This document shows positions 1 to 13,500 of a stretch of 64,000 nucleotides of DNA, one piece after another. The notes under the pieces were generated by a model. The model saw only the letters and a list, made by a program, of their open reading frames with translations. It had not been told where the DNA came from and did not search any database. A program made the translations under genes and the position numbers. Position 1 is the first letter of the stretch. Every line of letters starts with the position of its first letter. The stretch is taken from contig CAJFCJ010000019.1 in the NCBI GenBank assembly GCA_904063045.1, forward strand, positions 3,168,684 to 3,232,683, written 5' to 3'. The DNA comes from Dimorphilus gyrociliatus. Taxonomy: Eukaryota; Animalia; Annelida.

Positions 1-90
1 ACATAAAAGGAATTTAGATCAGGAAATTTATAGTTTTTGGAATGAGATTAAATTACTTAGCACCTGTGTAGAACACGGTCAGTTTGTCTG

Positions 91-3000
91 TTAATGCCAA
101 AAACCATAGGCATTTGGAGGCGCAGAATTCCAGTTCTGCTGCCGGTGCAAATTCATTAAAGTAGGAGGATGAGAGATTGGCGCACGAGGTATATGAGACG
201 CTGATTGAACGACGCAATGTTCAGCGGACTGACGTACAATAGAATTAGCCATTTGTTCTGTTTGACTTTTGTTCCGCTTACAAGCATTTAGTTCATTCGC
301 CTGTTGTTGCTGCTGTTGCTGCTGCTGTTCTCTTCTTTTCTTCCACATTTCTGATTTTTGTTGATATTGAAGTTCTCCATGTCGAGCATAATTCATGTTT
401 TTGTGCTGATAAAAAACTAGACTGATTCTGGTAGGATGAAATCTATTAGGTTCCCTAATTGCAGTTGTAGAATGCATTTCCCTCTTTGCGCATTCAAGAA
501 GAACACTACCATGACCAAGGGCTAGTGCAACTCCTCCTATATTTTCATCCAAGAATAAATGTTCATTGTAGGAAATCTCCTCATGACCAGATTGATCTCC
601 TTCAGTCGTATTGAAATCTTCACACCACCTTAACGAGTCCTCTCTGTTGATGTCTCCTGTTTTACTTCCATTCCACCACCGACGATTATCCATACCATCA
701 GAATTTTGGGGGAAAATACCACTACCACAAGACATTTGAGTATACGGATTATTGTAATCTGGGTTGTTAGCTGTCACTAAAGAAGGTGATTGAAAGTTTT
801 GCGCTCCCGTACCAGACGAAGACATTTGCATTTGTAAATTATGAGCCATACGCATGCGTTGCTCCAACTCGGCCTTGGTTGGAGCTTTCTTTTTTGGCAT
901 ATCCCCTCCTCGTTTTCTCTTTTCTTCTTGTTGTTGCAATTTCCGCTTTTTCTTGCAAGGGGTAGGAGTTGATCGGATTCGAACTATTTGCTCAAATTTT
1001 GTTAACGTATTAACTGATCCATCTCTTTCCTGCTGTAAACGACTTTCGCGAGTTCCATCTTCAGCAGTAGGGTCAAGTATGCAAAGAGGGTGAACATGTA
1101 GTTGTTCATCCGGCCCTTTTCCCAGACCTCTGTGTTTAGTTAACGTTACTACCACAGTACTGCCGTTATTCATATTATGATTGTCCCGATGAGCATGAGA
1201 GCAATAGTCTATGCAGGCCGTTACACCAGAAAACGGTCGTCCAGAGTCTAGTCCTAAACGGCAGTCCAATCCATCTTTCTCGAATTGAGTTTGATTTCTA
1301 AAACTGTCAGGTGCTACTTGTTTGTAAATAGGACTTAAGTGAGAAGCGAGAGACTGAAGCGCATGCTCCAGTTGTGTTTCATGGCTCTCATTTTTCAAAC
1401 GAAATTTTCTGGGCTGTTGAGATCGAGCAAATTTGCAACCGTTGTAGTACATACTCCATGAACATCCGAAAGAAAATGATGCTCCTCCTACATCATCCTT
1501 CCAACCTTGACAGGCGCAAGTCTTTTGTTCGTTTGATCCACACCTTCTATCTGTCTGTAAACCGTATACTGGAAGTAATTGCCGAAGATAATCATATAAT
1601 TCATCAGCTTGTTGAGAAGGAACACCTTCCCAAACGACTATATTGACTGTGATAACTGCTTGAGGACAAGTATGTCCGACTCTTGGTCTCGCAATGATTA
1701 AAACTTTCTCCTCTATTGAAGATCGACGAATGATCCACTTTGAAACAGGACAACCTTGAGTTCCTTTCCCCTCTTTACCGGAGTAAATTATCTTTTCGAT
1801 TCGAATGGCATTCCCTGTTAATCCGGTTCTTTCTTCAAACAATTTTCTTATACCTGCTATACTTTGCGCTGCTCCAAGGTGGGTATAAAAAGGTCCTTCG
1901 ACTCGTTCGTCGTATACTGTATTTGATCCTAAACAATTACAGCTTGGCACCTCCTCTTGTGTATTACTTCTAAGCCTTTCAACTAAATCTGATTCTTCAT
2001 TTACTGGAGTCGCTGGAGCGTCGCTACATTCATTTTTATCTGGTGATACACTCGTAGAGCTTGTACCAGATGAAATAGGAGATGTTGACTGGACCTTACT
2101 AGATAATTCGGTGCTTGTTTGAAGGCTACAAGCGGTGCCTAATTTTGATTCATTATAAACCTGAGTAGATGGAGGAGGTGTAGGAAGAGGCAAACAAGTT
2201 TTTGCTCGTACCGCTGTTCCCTGCGGTCTGAGGTTTGTTGATGGTTGTGGAAGTAGAGATTGCTGATTTCCGTTATACATCGAATTAGAGTTCCGGACAT
2301 TAGGGGGATGAAAATATTGCTGATGCTGCGATATGTGGGAGGTCGAACCGGGAGATTGGGGATAGTAGGCGCTCCTAATAGGCTGTATACTTCCTTGCTC
2401 GGCACCACTTCCCGCTCCCATTCTATGCGACGTTCCTTGATAGGCTATCTGTTGTTGGGGAAGAACTGATGATGGATAGTTATTATAATTAGTTCCATAA
2501 GCCCCTGTATAGGAAGACGACGTGTTATATTGAAAATTCTGATGTGTATCTTGGCCATAATACGCGTCTCGTCTGGGGCAGTTCATCTCAGATGGGAATG
2601 GTGCTGCCCCTGAAGGATAGGTATTGTAGTAGCCAGAATTTTCATTATTTGTATAATTTGATGTCTTGTAAGATGACTGATAAGTGACTGTGGGCTGTTG
2701 ACTATAAGTATAAGGAAACGACGAACTTGGAGCAGTATTTGGAGGTGTAACTGGTGGTGGATGCTGTTGTTGTAACTGTTCAAGAACCTCTGAAAATGAC
2801 TTAAGGTCATTTTGTAATTGTTGTTTCCGCTCTGAGTCAGTTAATATGTCATTAATACTGGCTAATAATTTATTATCATCCAGTTCCTCTTCCAAATTTG
2901 TTGTTGTTGTTGCTGCTGTCGTTGTTGTTGTTGTTGTTGTTGTTGTTGTGGCAGGATAACAAGGAAGGGATGATTCTTTGGTATGATTAGGCCCACATTG

Positions 3001-4974
3001 AGAATGCGAAGCTGTTGTTGTTACTGATGAAGATGATACCGCCAACGTTTCATTCGACTCAGAAACTGAAGTTTTTAACTCCTCTCGTTGTCTTCGACTG
3101 TGTATGGTCCCATTTCGATGAATAGGGCGTGTTAGAGGTTGAACTGTTGGAGTATGTTCATCGTCTTCATCAAAAGCATATGGATCGTTTTTGAAGATTT
3201 TCTCTTTGGGCAGTTTTAAAACAATGCTTGCTTTTTTCTCTTCGCCATTTGATTCCTCATGCTTGTGATGCTTTCTTTTTTTCTTTTTTTTCTTTTTCTT
3301 GACAATCACTGGCTCAGTAATGTTTAAAATGAGATTCCCTTCTCCGCAATTTTTCGCAGCAATCGATTCTCGAACTTGTTCCTTTTTATCGTGCGTCTCC
3401 AAGTTGTAATTCTGTTCAAGACTGCTAATATCTTTGACAATTTCATTACTTTGTTTTTTGCTCATATCTTTTTTTGGAGCTGAAGACTCTTTACATACTT
3501 CTGTATCTTCTTTTTCTTTATCAACAATTATTGTAGATTCAACAGGAGTTAATTCAATGCTTTTCTCCTTAATTAAAGTTGACTCTGATTCAACTTCTTC
3601 ATAAGTACAATTCTTTTCTGTTTCATTATCTGTTACTTCAGCGATGTCTTTGTTATTTTGGCTTAAATTTTCATCTTCCTTGAGAAGAGTTTCCTCTTCT
3701 TCTTTTACCTTTTCTTCCATCTCGGGATCATAGTTATCATCGTTTGTTTCAAGGCTCGTTTCAAGATTAAGCTTTTCACCCTTATCGCACTCCACAGTTT
3801 CATGCGTCTGACTCTCACAAGATGGTAATTTCTCCTCTATGTTATCATTGACTTGGCAATCTTTCTCGGCATCATCTTTATCATTGTTATTGTCTTCGTT
3901 GCCTTCTTCTGTTGGTCCATTTGCTGTATTTTTTGACTCAATCTCAACCTGTTCCCTACTTTGGATTTCTTCTCCTTTCCCGCTATTAAGTGAATCAGAG
4001 TCATTCTCAGTTTGTTCAGATATATTTAGAGTCTTTTGTGTTTCAAGCGATTCACTATTTTGACAATCGTCACTTTCTTGCGGCTTCGACGAGAGATCCA
4101 GTACTCCTTCTGTATTATTAACTGCTGAAGCTCCAGACCACAAATTATGACCACTAGCAGCTACGCAAGTCGTCATCTTTGCCAAGCATTCGGAGAGAGA
4201 GGGACGAGAGGATTGTTTCTTGACTGCCTTATTATTAGAAGGTAGAGAAGAGTAATTTGTTTTCAAAGTTGCACTATCGTCATGTTTCGATGACGAAACT
4301 GCTTTCACTCGTCTAACTGGACTACTCTTTCGTTTTCTTTTATTTGGTTTGTCATTCGAAACATTTTGATCTGAACCTGAGGTTGCTGTGGCTTCATCTC
4401 GCTTTGACTCATCATTAATCGTAGGTACCGTTAATATTTTTGCTTTAGGGCTTGACGATTTTTTCTTCGTTGATATTTGTGAGTATGCTTCTAAAAATCC
4501 ACTGGAGGAGGAGGAAACAGCCGTCGTCGTTGTTGTAGACGTTGTTGTGGCGGCGGAAGCACAGAGACCAGCGATATTCCATGGATTGGCCATCATGGCG
4601 CTGTATGAAGCGTAAACAGGATCAAGCATACTATAAGCAACAGCTAGTTCGGGAGCCATGAATGGAGATTGAGTAATATAAGCTCCATGGGCAAAAGCAG
4701 CATTCTGTGCCAGAATTAACTGTCTATAAAAAGCATCAGAACTATTGTCTTCTGTCGATTTTTCCTCTAGCTGTTTCTTTTTTCCGCTTTGTCTATCCAT
4801 ATTTCGAACCAGAAAAAAAAACAACACAACAAAAGTGTTAATTACGAACGGCTCGCTTCATCTTCGATATAATAGTTTGGATCGTTAACAGCCACAGACT
4901 GAAAAATTAGCATATTTATTTCGGTAAAACGCCAATCTAGTTGCATTAACCCTCTGACCTCTAACTAATTTCAT
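91..4974 (-). CDS. TET: TET-family methylcytosine dioxygenase. Main exon 91-4792; probable short 5' exons 4846-4898 and 4966-4974 (5' end uncertain, an ATG at 4800 is an alternative start)
   Basis: The 1578-aa ORF contains the Cys-rich region (CNCLG...EGPFYTHLG, GCPVSKW, RRCG), the HxD motif HAHRD, the distal His (HGSVLLECAKREMHSTT) and the 2OG-binding PTRISLVFYQH. Upstream exons join in frame through GT-AG introns 4793-4845 and 4899-4965. No CXXC domain seen. Confidence 0.95.
2898..2949 (-). repeat. Trinucleotide (TGT/ACA)n run encoding poly-Thr inside TET
   Basis: ttgttgttgttgctgctgtcgttgttgttg...; translates as ATTTTTTTTTTTAATTTT. Confidence 0.9.
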
Positions 4975-5320
4975 TTTGACAAATTCCTGCCTGGTATATT
5001 TTTAATTGCACAGCTCGATCGCCATGTTTTGCAAATGAGCGTCTGGTACCCAGTCTCATCATCTAGACAGGCTACCTGACTCTTATGCGTCCCAATCAAA
5101 ACACAAGTATTGTATCTTGTTTTATTTTATTTATTTTCAACGTCTACAAAAAAAAACTACATACATATAATTATATAGATAAATATAAAAAGAGTACGAC
5201 ATGGTTTGACAAATGAAAATGGTCTAAAAATAGATGAGCTAACGTTGAAACACTTTAGTTTCTATGTATCATACAGTAATAACGATAAGAATAAGTTGTT
5301 CCTTAGTACAGATATGGTTT

Positions 5321-6041
5321 CTAAGCAGCCTTCTGTGAGCCCTTCTTGCCAATAAGCGATTTGTGAATGTGGGGAATGACACCTGTTAACAGAAAATATA
5401 GATAGAGAATGCAAATTCAGGAAATAAATTGTCTTTACCTCCTCCTGCTATAGTGGCTTTGATAAGAGAATCTAATTCTTCGTCTCCTCTGATAGCAAGT
5501 TGCAAATGCCTTGGCGTTATACGTTTTACTTTCAAATCTTTTGAAGCATTTCCCGCCAATTCTAAAACTTCGGCCGTTAAATATTCTAAAATTGCGGCAC
5601 TATAGACTGCGGCTGTTGCTCCCACTCTGCCGTGACTTGTAGTTCTGTTCTTAAGATGACGATGAATTCTTCCAACGGGGAACTTTGTAGACGGAAAAAA
5701 ATTTGTTTAGGAAAGCGCGCCATTTTTCAAATAAACAAAGCAGCCGTTAAAAACTATCAATCCTCGAAATAGTATCGATTAGGCCCAATAGCTTATTAAT
5801 ATTATTTACCTGTAAGCCAGCCCTCGCAGAACGGGAAACGGCCTTCGCTTTTGCTTTTCCAGAGTCCTTTCCAGCTTTACCTCCAGCCTAAAAAAAATGT
5901 TCATAGTAAGCTAATTTTTTAGGTTAAGAGCCAAATAAATGGTGCAATATACAGATAAAAAATCGTTCTGCTCGATTTTCACTCGTGAGAGAGTGATTTT
6001 TTAATATCTTGGAAGATTTCAGTTGATTTAATACTCACCAT
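5321..6041 (-). CDS. H2AZ: Histone H2A.Z (H2A.V). Exons 6039-6041 (ATG only), 5810-5887, 5439-5682, 5321-5382
   Basis: Spliced translation [128 protein letters not shown]; all introns GT-AG. Confidence 0.97.
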
Positions 6042-6182
6042 TTTTGCTGTATGCAGACCTCAACAACGCGAAAACGAGACACAGCGTACCCTTGAAGAGA
6101 TCTTTTCGGTGATTGGTTTGAGCATGTCACGTGGTTTAAATTCCCACAATTCAATTCATGTTCCTGTTCCGTGAAATGAGCT
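6042..6182. promoter_or_regulatory. Probable bidirectional promoter between H2A.Z and the SH2-like gene
   Basis: Divergent ATGs only 141 bp apart; CCAAT box (ATTGG 6112-6116) and E-box GTCACGTG (6126-6133). Confidence 0.6.
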
Positions 6183-6697
6183 ATGGGTGAAAGTCTCCCT
6201 AAGGTTCTTGTTGTTGGCGACAGCAATGAAATTAACATTACAGTAAATGTCCACAAAAACTACTACATAGAGAGAATGCCAACATCCACTAAAACTGAAC
6301 TTGAAAAATTGCCTGGGTATATAAAAGAATTCAATCTGCGCAAAAAACAGCACAGATTTGCAGAACTGTTTTCTGAGGCAATGAATTTTGACGGAGTGTA
6401 CCTTTTATGGTATAATGATGAATATACTATTGGTTTAACTGTAACGTATGTAAAAGATATTAATAACTCTTCAGTAAAGTTACAGTATCATTTTATTACA
6501 GGTTTCAAGGGCAGTTGAAGCATTTTTGTATATTTTATTGCAATAACAACTTCCGCATTTGTTCACGAGTACGAGGCCCTTGTTTAAAAACTTTAATTAC
6601 AAAACTTATTAAAGGGACACCTATACAAAGAAAAAATAAGCCTAATGTGAAATTACACTCCCCTCTAACAATAAACAAAAGACAAAATCAGCATTAA
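6183..6697 (+). CDS. 152-aa protein with a degenerate SH2-like domain. Exons 6183-6445, 6502-6697
   Basis: A 56-nt GTATGT...TTACAG intron joins two track ORFs in frame; the DGVYLLWYN...IGLTVTFQGQLKHFCI pattern resembles SH2 strands betaB-betaD. Confidence 0.65.
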
Positions 6698-7560
6698 GAA
6701 TATCAACGCAACGGATAATCTCTGTTTGACTATTGTAAATTCTCTTGACTAGCAGTTAGTTTTCACCTGAAAAAATTTATGGAACAGATTTTAATAAATA
6801 CTTACTGATTTGAGATTATTATTTATTATTATGGTTTTTACAAGCTCATATTCATTTATGCAAGCATATCCTGAAAAACTTCGGTAATGCCACAACTTTG
6901 TTTTGTTATTAATCGAGTTTGTTTGTTATGCAGCGTAAGAACGAACTTCAACTTTAACACTCCATTTGAGAATTACTGTTATAATTGACTAATACGAAGT
7001 AATGAGAACCTTATTATTTATTTTCAATACAATCCACAATACAGCAAATTGTAATATTGAAATTGAAAAAACTGACTTAATTGTGCTTCTTTTTAAATTT
7101 AATAAAATGAGATTATAATTGAACATAACATGATAAACATTTATTTACAGACACCGAAGGATCATATGTTAAAAAGTTAAAAAAAAGTCATTTAATATTT
7201 CAGTAAATGATTATCAAGAGATTATTTTTTTGATTTCCCAATTGCAATCTTTCCCTTGTAATTTATAAGCTGAATAATGTGCCAAATAGAACGAAATCAT
7301 CTAATAGTTAATATAATATCTATTTAATTATATGTCTTGATATCTTAATTCATAATCTTTTACCTCTAATTATTTATAAATCTAATGGAAATGGTTTACG
7401 ATTATTGTTTTCATTATTTACACGACGTGAACTCATTTTGCAATTTTACTTTCGTTTTTGCGGAAATACCGTTCAAAAGACGGATCCCCTCCATTATTAA
7501 ACTTTAGATTCACTCTTCAAAATATCGTGGAGCCATCTAGCGTTAGAAGAATTCTTTAGG

Positions 7561-7576
7561 TGCTGCCATCTCGTGG
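7561..7576 (-). promoter_or_regulatory. CTCF-like motif
   Basis: Reverse complement CCACGAGATGGCAGCA matches the CCASYAGRKGGCAS consensus closely. Confidence 0.45.
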
Positions 7577-10500
7577 GTGTGATCTATTTTCATTTTAAAA
7601 TACACCATTTTGTATTGTTTTGTATGGTATCATCTAATGAAGAAATGTTCCAATTATGGGATATAATATCTATATTTGAATTAGCGGGCGTTAATATATT
7701 TTCGGAAAGATCATAAATTTTATTAGAAGTTACCAAAAGTTATATAAAATCTAAGGCAAAGACCACCAGTAACGCCAAAAGCAATCTTATTTAACATCAA
7801 AGTGATGTGCACGTGATTTGACGCGTTTATAGACTCCTAACTATGGAATCACTTTTACGCTAATAGAGAGTCTTACTTATTCCAACTAGCTTTAAAATTA
7901 TATTAAGATAAACTTTTGAGATGCGAGAGGATACTGCTTTCCTTTTAGACCCGCAGTAAACTGATATATTATTGAGCATAGCATATTCATTTGCACATTC
8001 CATCTTTGTGTCAAGCATTTGTTAGACTCAGTCCTAGATATTTATCAGTCAAATATTGCTGTTGTCAACTACTATATACGTTCTAAATGTACATATATTT
8101 ATATTATATAAATAAGAAGAAGCTGTAACACTTTATTTTCTAAAACAGTAAAATCATTTAAGATTCGTTTTAGACCTCAACTAGAATTAGACTTAGAATT
8201 AGAGAGAGACTTAATCTGTATAGTATTTAATGGAAGTGAGTAAAGAATTCGTATTTCGTTTACTCTTTATGACAGCATATAAAATTTGCTTTCGAAAAGA
8301 ATTTCGACAACTTTGTAATCAGATATTAATGCAAAATTATCGAATTATCATCTAACTTATTCTTTTTTCCAGTTATTAGAATGATCATTAATGTAGGCTT
8401 ACATAGGAGTATTTTATTCGTTTACAAAATATTCGACTTCTTAAGATTTCACTGCACAGGAAATACTAAGAAACAGGAAGCTATAATGTCGCCAGCGCTT
8501 TTCGTTTGCGTCCGTGCTATGATGTTCGTCGCAGTTTGTTGGGGAGGCCGAAAGATGGCGATAAGAAAAAGTAGAACATTATCTGCAATGGTGTAACTCA
8601 CATAAGATATAAAAAAAATAAAACCCTCCGAAAACTTATCTCAAAAAAAAATTATTCAATTGCAAAAAGAGATAGATAACAATCTTACTAGAAATTTGCA
8701 CTATATTTACTAATTCATATAATCAGTACTAGTATTTTCGGTCATATAAGATGTAATGTTTGTAATTTAAAGCCTATGACTCTTATTACCAAGATTTGAA
8801 TGAATGTGCATCAAAATTCCATTTGAAAAACGAAAAAAAGGAACAAAGAGTATTTTTTAAGTATTGAGGACATCTGTAACACTAAAGATTTAAATTGTTG
8901 GATCTCTTTAAGATGTAAACACTATATTGTTAATATAAATTTGAAAACTTTTCTATATATTTTCTTTGAAAACAAGCAACCTAAATGGTTGCAGTAGTGG
9001 AACTTGGGAAGGTTATTAGAAAATTAAATATATCCCTTCACTCGAATAATATTATTCAAGAAACGCTAAAATTTCAAATTTCTCCCGACGGTGGAAGTTT
9101 ACTTAAAAATTGTAAATAGTGTCTCAAAACTCTGAAATATCTTATATATACATAATGCACACCCATAGAATTGCAACGCCAACAGTTTATGTATTATTTA
9201 CTTTGGAGCTGAACATGTTCATCGGAAATATAAAAATAACTAGACGATCCAGGGCAAGGCTTCAGTTTAAACTAAGTGACCAAGGTCATGCGTTTGTGAC
9301 CTGGAGTTTCAGGTTGACGCCTGCAGTTACGTGCCATAACCTTACGTCACCCGCAAAGTAAAGTGACAGAATGCCTTGTCGAGTAGAAATAAAATTTTGC
9401 AAATGATTGATGTGACGAGTCGTTAGTGAATGTTTTAGTATTTACCAAAAATCATTTCTGTTAGTAAGCTTAAAGACATAACAGCTCATAGGTAAATGGA
9501 ACACGAAGAATGCAATTAAAAACCAAGTAATATGGAGAGAAGCCTTTGAGAAATGCTTATATCGAGTCCCGCGGAAAGAAGTCTGACCTCATTCCTACGT
9601 CGAGCTCCCTCATTGGCTTCTCAACTCACCCAAATGACCTCATTTGCATATGAAGGAAAATGCAATTCGGGACGCGTGCTGCGTGGAAGATGCTGCTGAT
9701 AGATGCCACAGACATTTTACTCTTTTTATATTATATGTGTATGGATTTTCCAGCATCCTATAAAAAGACACGTGTCCTATTCCCTTAGCTTTAACTCACC
9801 AAGTACAAATACATGATGAGACAATATATCTATATATCCATATATCCATATATCCATAAATATATATATATTGAGAGAACTGTGTAAAATGTTCCTTGAA
9901 AACAATTTTTAATTACATAAATAAGTTATTTTTAGTAAAAGAAAATAATATCTAAACTCAATAAGCGTTTAATTAATTGAAATCGACGAGTGGGATTTGA
10001 TAGAAAGCCATAAACTATATAGCACGTATACATAATACAATTTGTGTAAATATTTTTCAGTTAAGATGCCATTTTTCTACATCATCTATTACATTAGAGA
10101 TACCTGCTAAAAATTTTTTGGGAGAAAATAGGAGAGTAGCACAAATAGCTTTCTCTTCCTTTTGGCTATTCTTTATGAAACATTGCAGTTTTTTTTCGGA
10201 AACTATTACTTTGTAAGGCTATTTTCTATAAATTTCATCATGGGATATTATTCTTAATTATTTGTTTAGGCATAAAAGCTAAAAAAAAAGAGAATAATGA
10301 CAGAGTTAGTCTTAAAACATCTTATTCCGATTTTTGATGTTGCAACACAACGTTAAGAAAAAAATTGCGGTTAAATCAATTATGGTATATAACGACGCTT
10401 CTTTGTGAATATATATCAAACGAGAAAACGCTGTGTGAGGTGACACGATTGCGCATTCTCTTTATTACGTGTTGTCATGACTACGAAAGTGAGATATCGA

Positions 10501-13500
10501 TCAATCCGTTGCATGTAAGGAGAAGCGTATTTAAGCCTCATGAAAGATATATAAACTTTGAAGAAACTAGGAAGAATGTGTAAAAACCGCAAATAGTGAT
10601 ATACATTTATAGTAAGTATTTTTAAGAAGAAAATCAATCCTTCGGTATGCCAGTTACGCATAGATAATATACATCACCTCCACCTAGTAAGTAGCAGAAA
10701 ATGACTGGACTGTGTTTGATCTCTTTGTTCTGAGACTATGTCATGTGACCTGGTGTGACCTTCGTAACATTTCTTCTCATGTATCGGATGAATTTTATGA
10801 GAAGTTAAGCTGTATGTCTGGTTGCGCTGGTCTTTATGTGTGAAAACCTTTTTACTATTTCCTTTATATGTTTTCACCATCAAATACAAATGAAAATATT
10901 CTTTTTCCGGCGCCTAAAGAATTTCGCACGTTCGTACTTTCAAATTTAGCTTAACTTTTCCAAACTCATCTCTTCTATAGCTGATTTTTTGATATCGTAT
11001 TTTAATAATTCTCGACTAAAATTTCCTTTAAAAGAAAAAACACTTCTATAATTACATACAATGAAGTTTCGGGGAAATGCAGAGCAAACGGCGTCGTAAT
11101 CTTTGATCGAAGAGTCATTACGCTAAAAGCTCATATTTAAAATGGGAGCATTCAGTCGGATAAGCCGTGTAGCACTTTCTCTAAAAATTAACGAGTTTCT
11201 CGATGTTAATGTCAAACTTTATAAACGGAAAAATCTATCTCTTAGAGCAAACATAAAAATCATCTAAATATCTTTCTAAAGTTATTCCTTAAAGTCCTAC
11301 TATAAAGCCCGTTTTGTATGACCCAACATAAAATCTCACATATCAGCATTTCAAGAATTTAATTATACAAGATAAGTAAGTATAACATAACGGAAGGGAT
11401 TGTTGGACATTCTCTCGGAAAAATGATGGTTGGTGCGAGGAATGTGCTGGTCCCACGCTGAACGTAACCTTACTAGCAGGGGGCACGATGGCCTCGTCAC
11501 CTTCCTGCACCACTTAACCACCCTCTCACATTCTTCATAGCCTCAGTTATTGCGTGAGTCTGACTGCAGGCCAATAATAAGACATGCCCGCTGAGGAATG
11601 ACCCGAATATTGAACTCACATACTTTTCAGCAGAGCCCTTATGTGCAGTTTAACTTTTTGTGATTTTGCGATTTTCTCTTTCAGGGAACTTGTAGTTTTT
11701 TAGCGAGAAAGAAGATTTGTAACAAGTTAACTTGTATGCAATACGTTAAATTTTTAATAAAGTGTATTTACCAGTTTTAATGAAATTTTTGACTTGAAAT
11801 TATCATAATAAGGACAACTGCATCAGCATTAACAAAAAGGAATTCTATCAATATACTGCATAAAAACATATCTTATATTAACGTAGACTGTCTGCTTTTA
11901 AAATATGATTTCATGATTTTATAAAATGTAAGTGGAAAGATAGAGAAAACGGAAAAGAAAGCAGTGTGATTATGTAGTTTTATGCGTTTGGCTCGTCGCC
12001 AACGCGTCAGCACCGGGACAAGTGACCTGCAGTGGCAAGGCTACGCCCTTAACGTCGAAGCGTGCGTCTCGTCCAATCATCGAATAGTATGCAAATGAGC
12101 ACTCTCAGTCATGGGCTCTTTATACAAGTTTTTAGTTCCTCCATTGCTCCTTCCATTGCTTTTACGTATTTTTGCCTTAATAAATCCATATTTTACCATT
12201 GTCCCAAGAAGATCATTTCGCAAAGGTAGGCAATAATGAGAAATTAGAGAAAACCTTCATTGTCCGCCTTTAAACTATAATGTTTTATTGTTTATACTGA
12301 CACTATTTTGAAAACTAGAATTCCAGCTGAACTTTTCGAAACGCCTTTAACACACTAGTTTACAGACGTACATAAAATGTAAGCGTCGTACACGTCATAC
12401 TGACACCGTATTGTACCACTTGGGTTGAGCTAACATTATGTTGATTTTTCTCTCTGTATAAACACTCTCATTTAGCATAATTGCGTGCGGACGGCGATGG
12501 CAAAACCGCGAATGTATATAGACATTGGCGGCGGTATGGGAACGGATGCTGACTAAAAATATTTTCTGGCAATTCAATGTGTGCATGCATAGGCCCATTA
12601 TTATTCTCTAAAAATATTATTATTTCAAATATCTACGAAAAATTGCTTTTTACTCACGCTCCAATGCTGACCGATTTGACCTAATCCAGGTGCTGTTAGT
12701 CATTGGTCATTTAAGGTCATTTTCGAAGTAGCCGTGCCATCAACTGTAAGAATGGCGCCTTCCGCGTCCTCATCTGACCTAATTTCTCTTTCGAAACTCT
12801 GCGTCTCTCCATGACGTAACTACACATCTGCGCACGCACGCACGCAATTCTACGTCATATATTTAATGAGGTTACTCGATAAAATTGACCTTTTCCACAT
12901 GTTACAGCAATATATTGGTAAGCTCGAAAGAGTTACATGTGAGCCTTAATGAAGGCCTGTTAATATACAATTTATTTGAGAAATATGCAAAGGTTGATTA
13001 GCGACTATCTGCTGATCATTGTATCGATAAGATCAAAAGCGCGGCATTGAAATGCCGATCTTTTGGTGCCCAATTCGTGCATGCAAGCTCTTTGCCAGCT
13101 CATACAATTCACGGCTTTCGATATGGCGCCAAGATAGCACGCTAGGTTGTACACTTTGATGAACCGCTGAAGAATATGAAATGTATTTTCACTTTCTTTT
13201 CCTATTAGTCAGAATAGTACTACGAGTAGAGAAGTAGAACCGAGAAGTGACCCATGCTGACCTCACGAGCCAAAGCTGCGTGTTTACGCGGCATTGCAGC
13301 ATTCTTTCACGATGATGGTGTTAATTGGCGCAGGTGTAAGCATGTGGTCAGCGAGCCTGTTTACTGTCGGAGCGTAAAGCGATGAGTGCTATATGGCGCG
13401 TTGAGGAGGAAAACAAGCTGAGCATCTTTTCTCTGGTACTCATTTAGTGCAGAGGCGTGCTTGACCGATGAAAAATTGGTGTGAGAATCGTACGCGCAGG

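Noticed and set aside
854-4615. Several 70-90 aa ORFs overlapping TET, and similar ones over KAT6 and COUP-TF
   Set aside because: They are antisense or alternative-frame shadows of well-supported genes, with no motifs.
7700-8600. Scattered splice-like sites and a 71-aa ORF suggesting a small gene
   Set aside because: No consistent multi-exon frame could be built on either strand and there is no recognisable domain.
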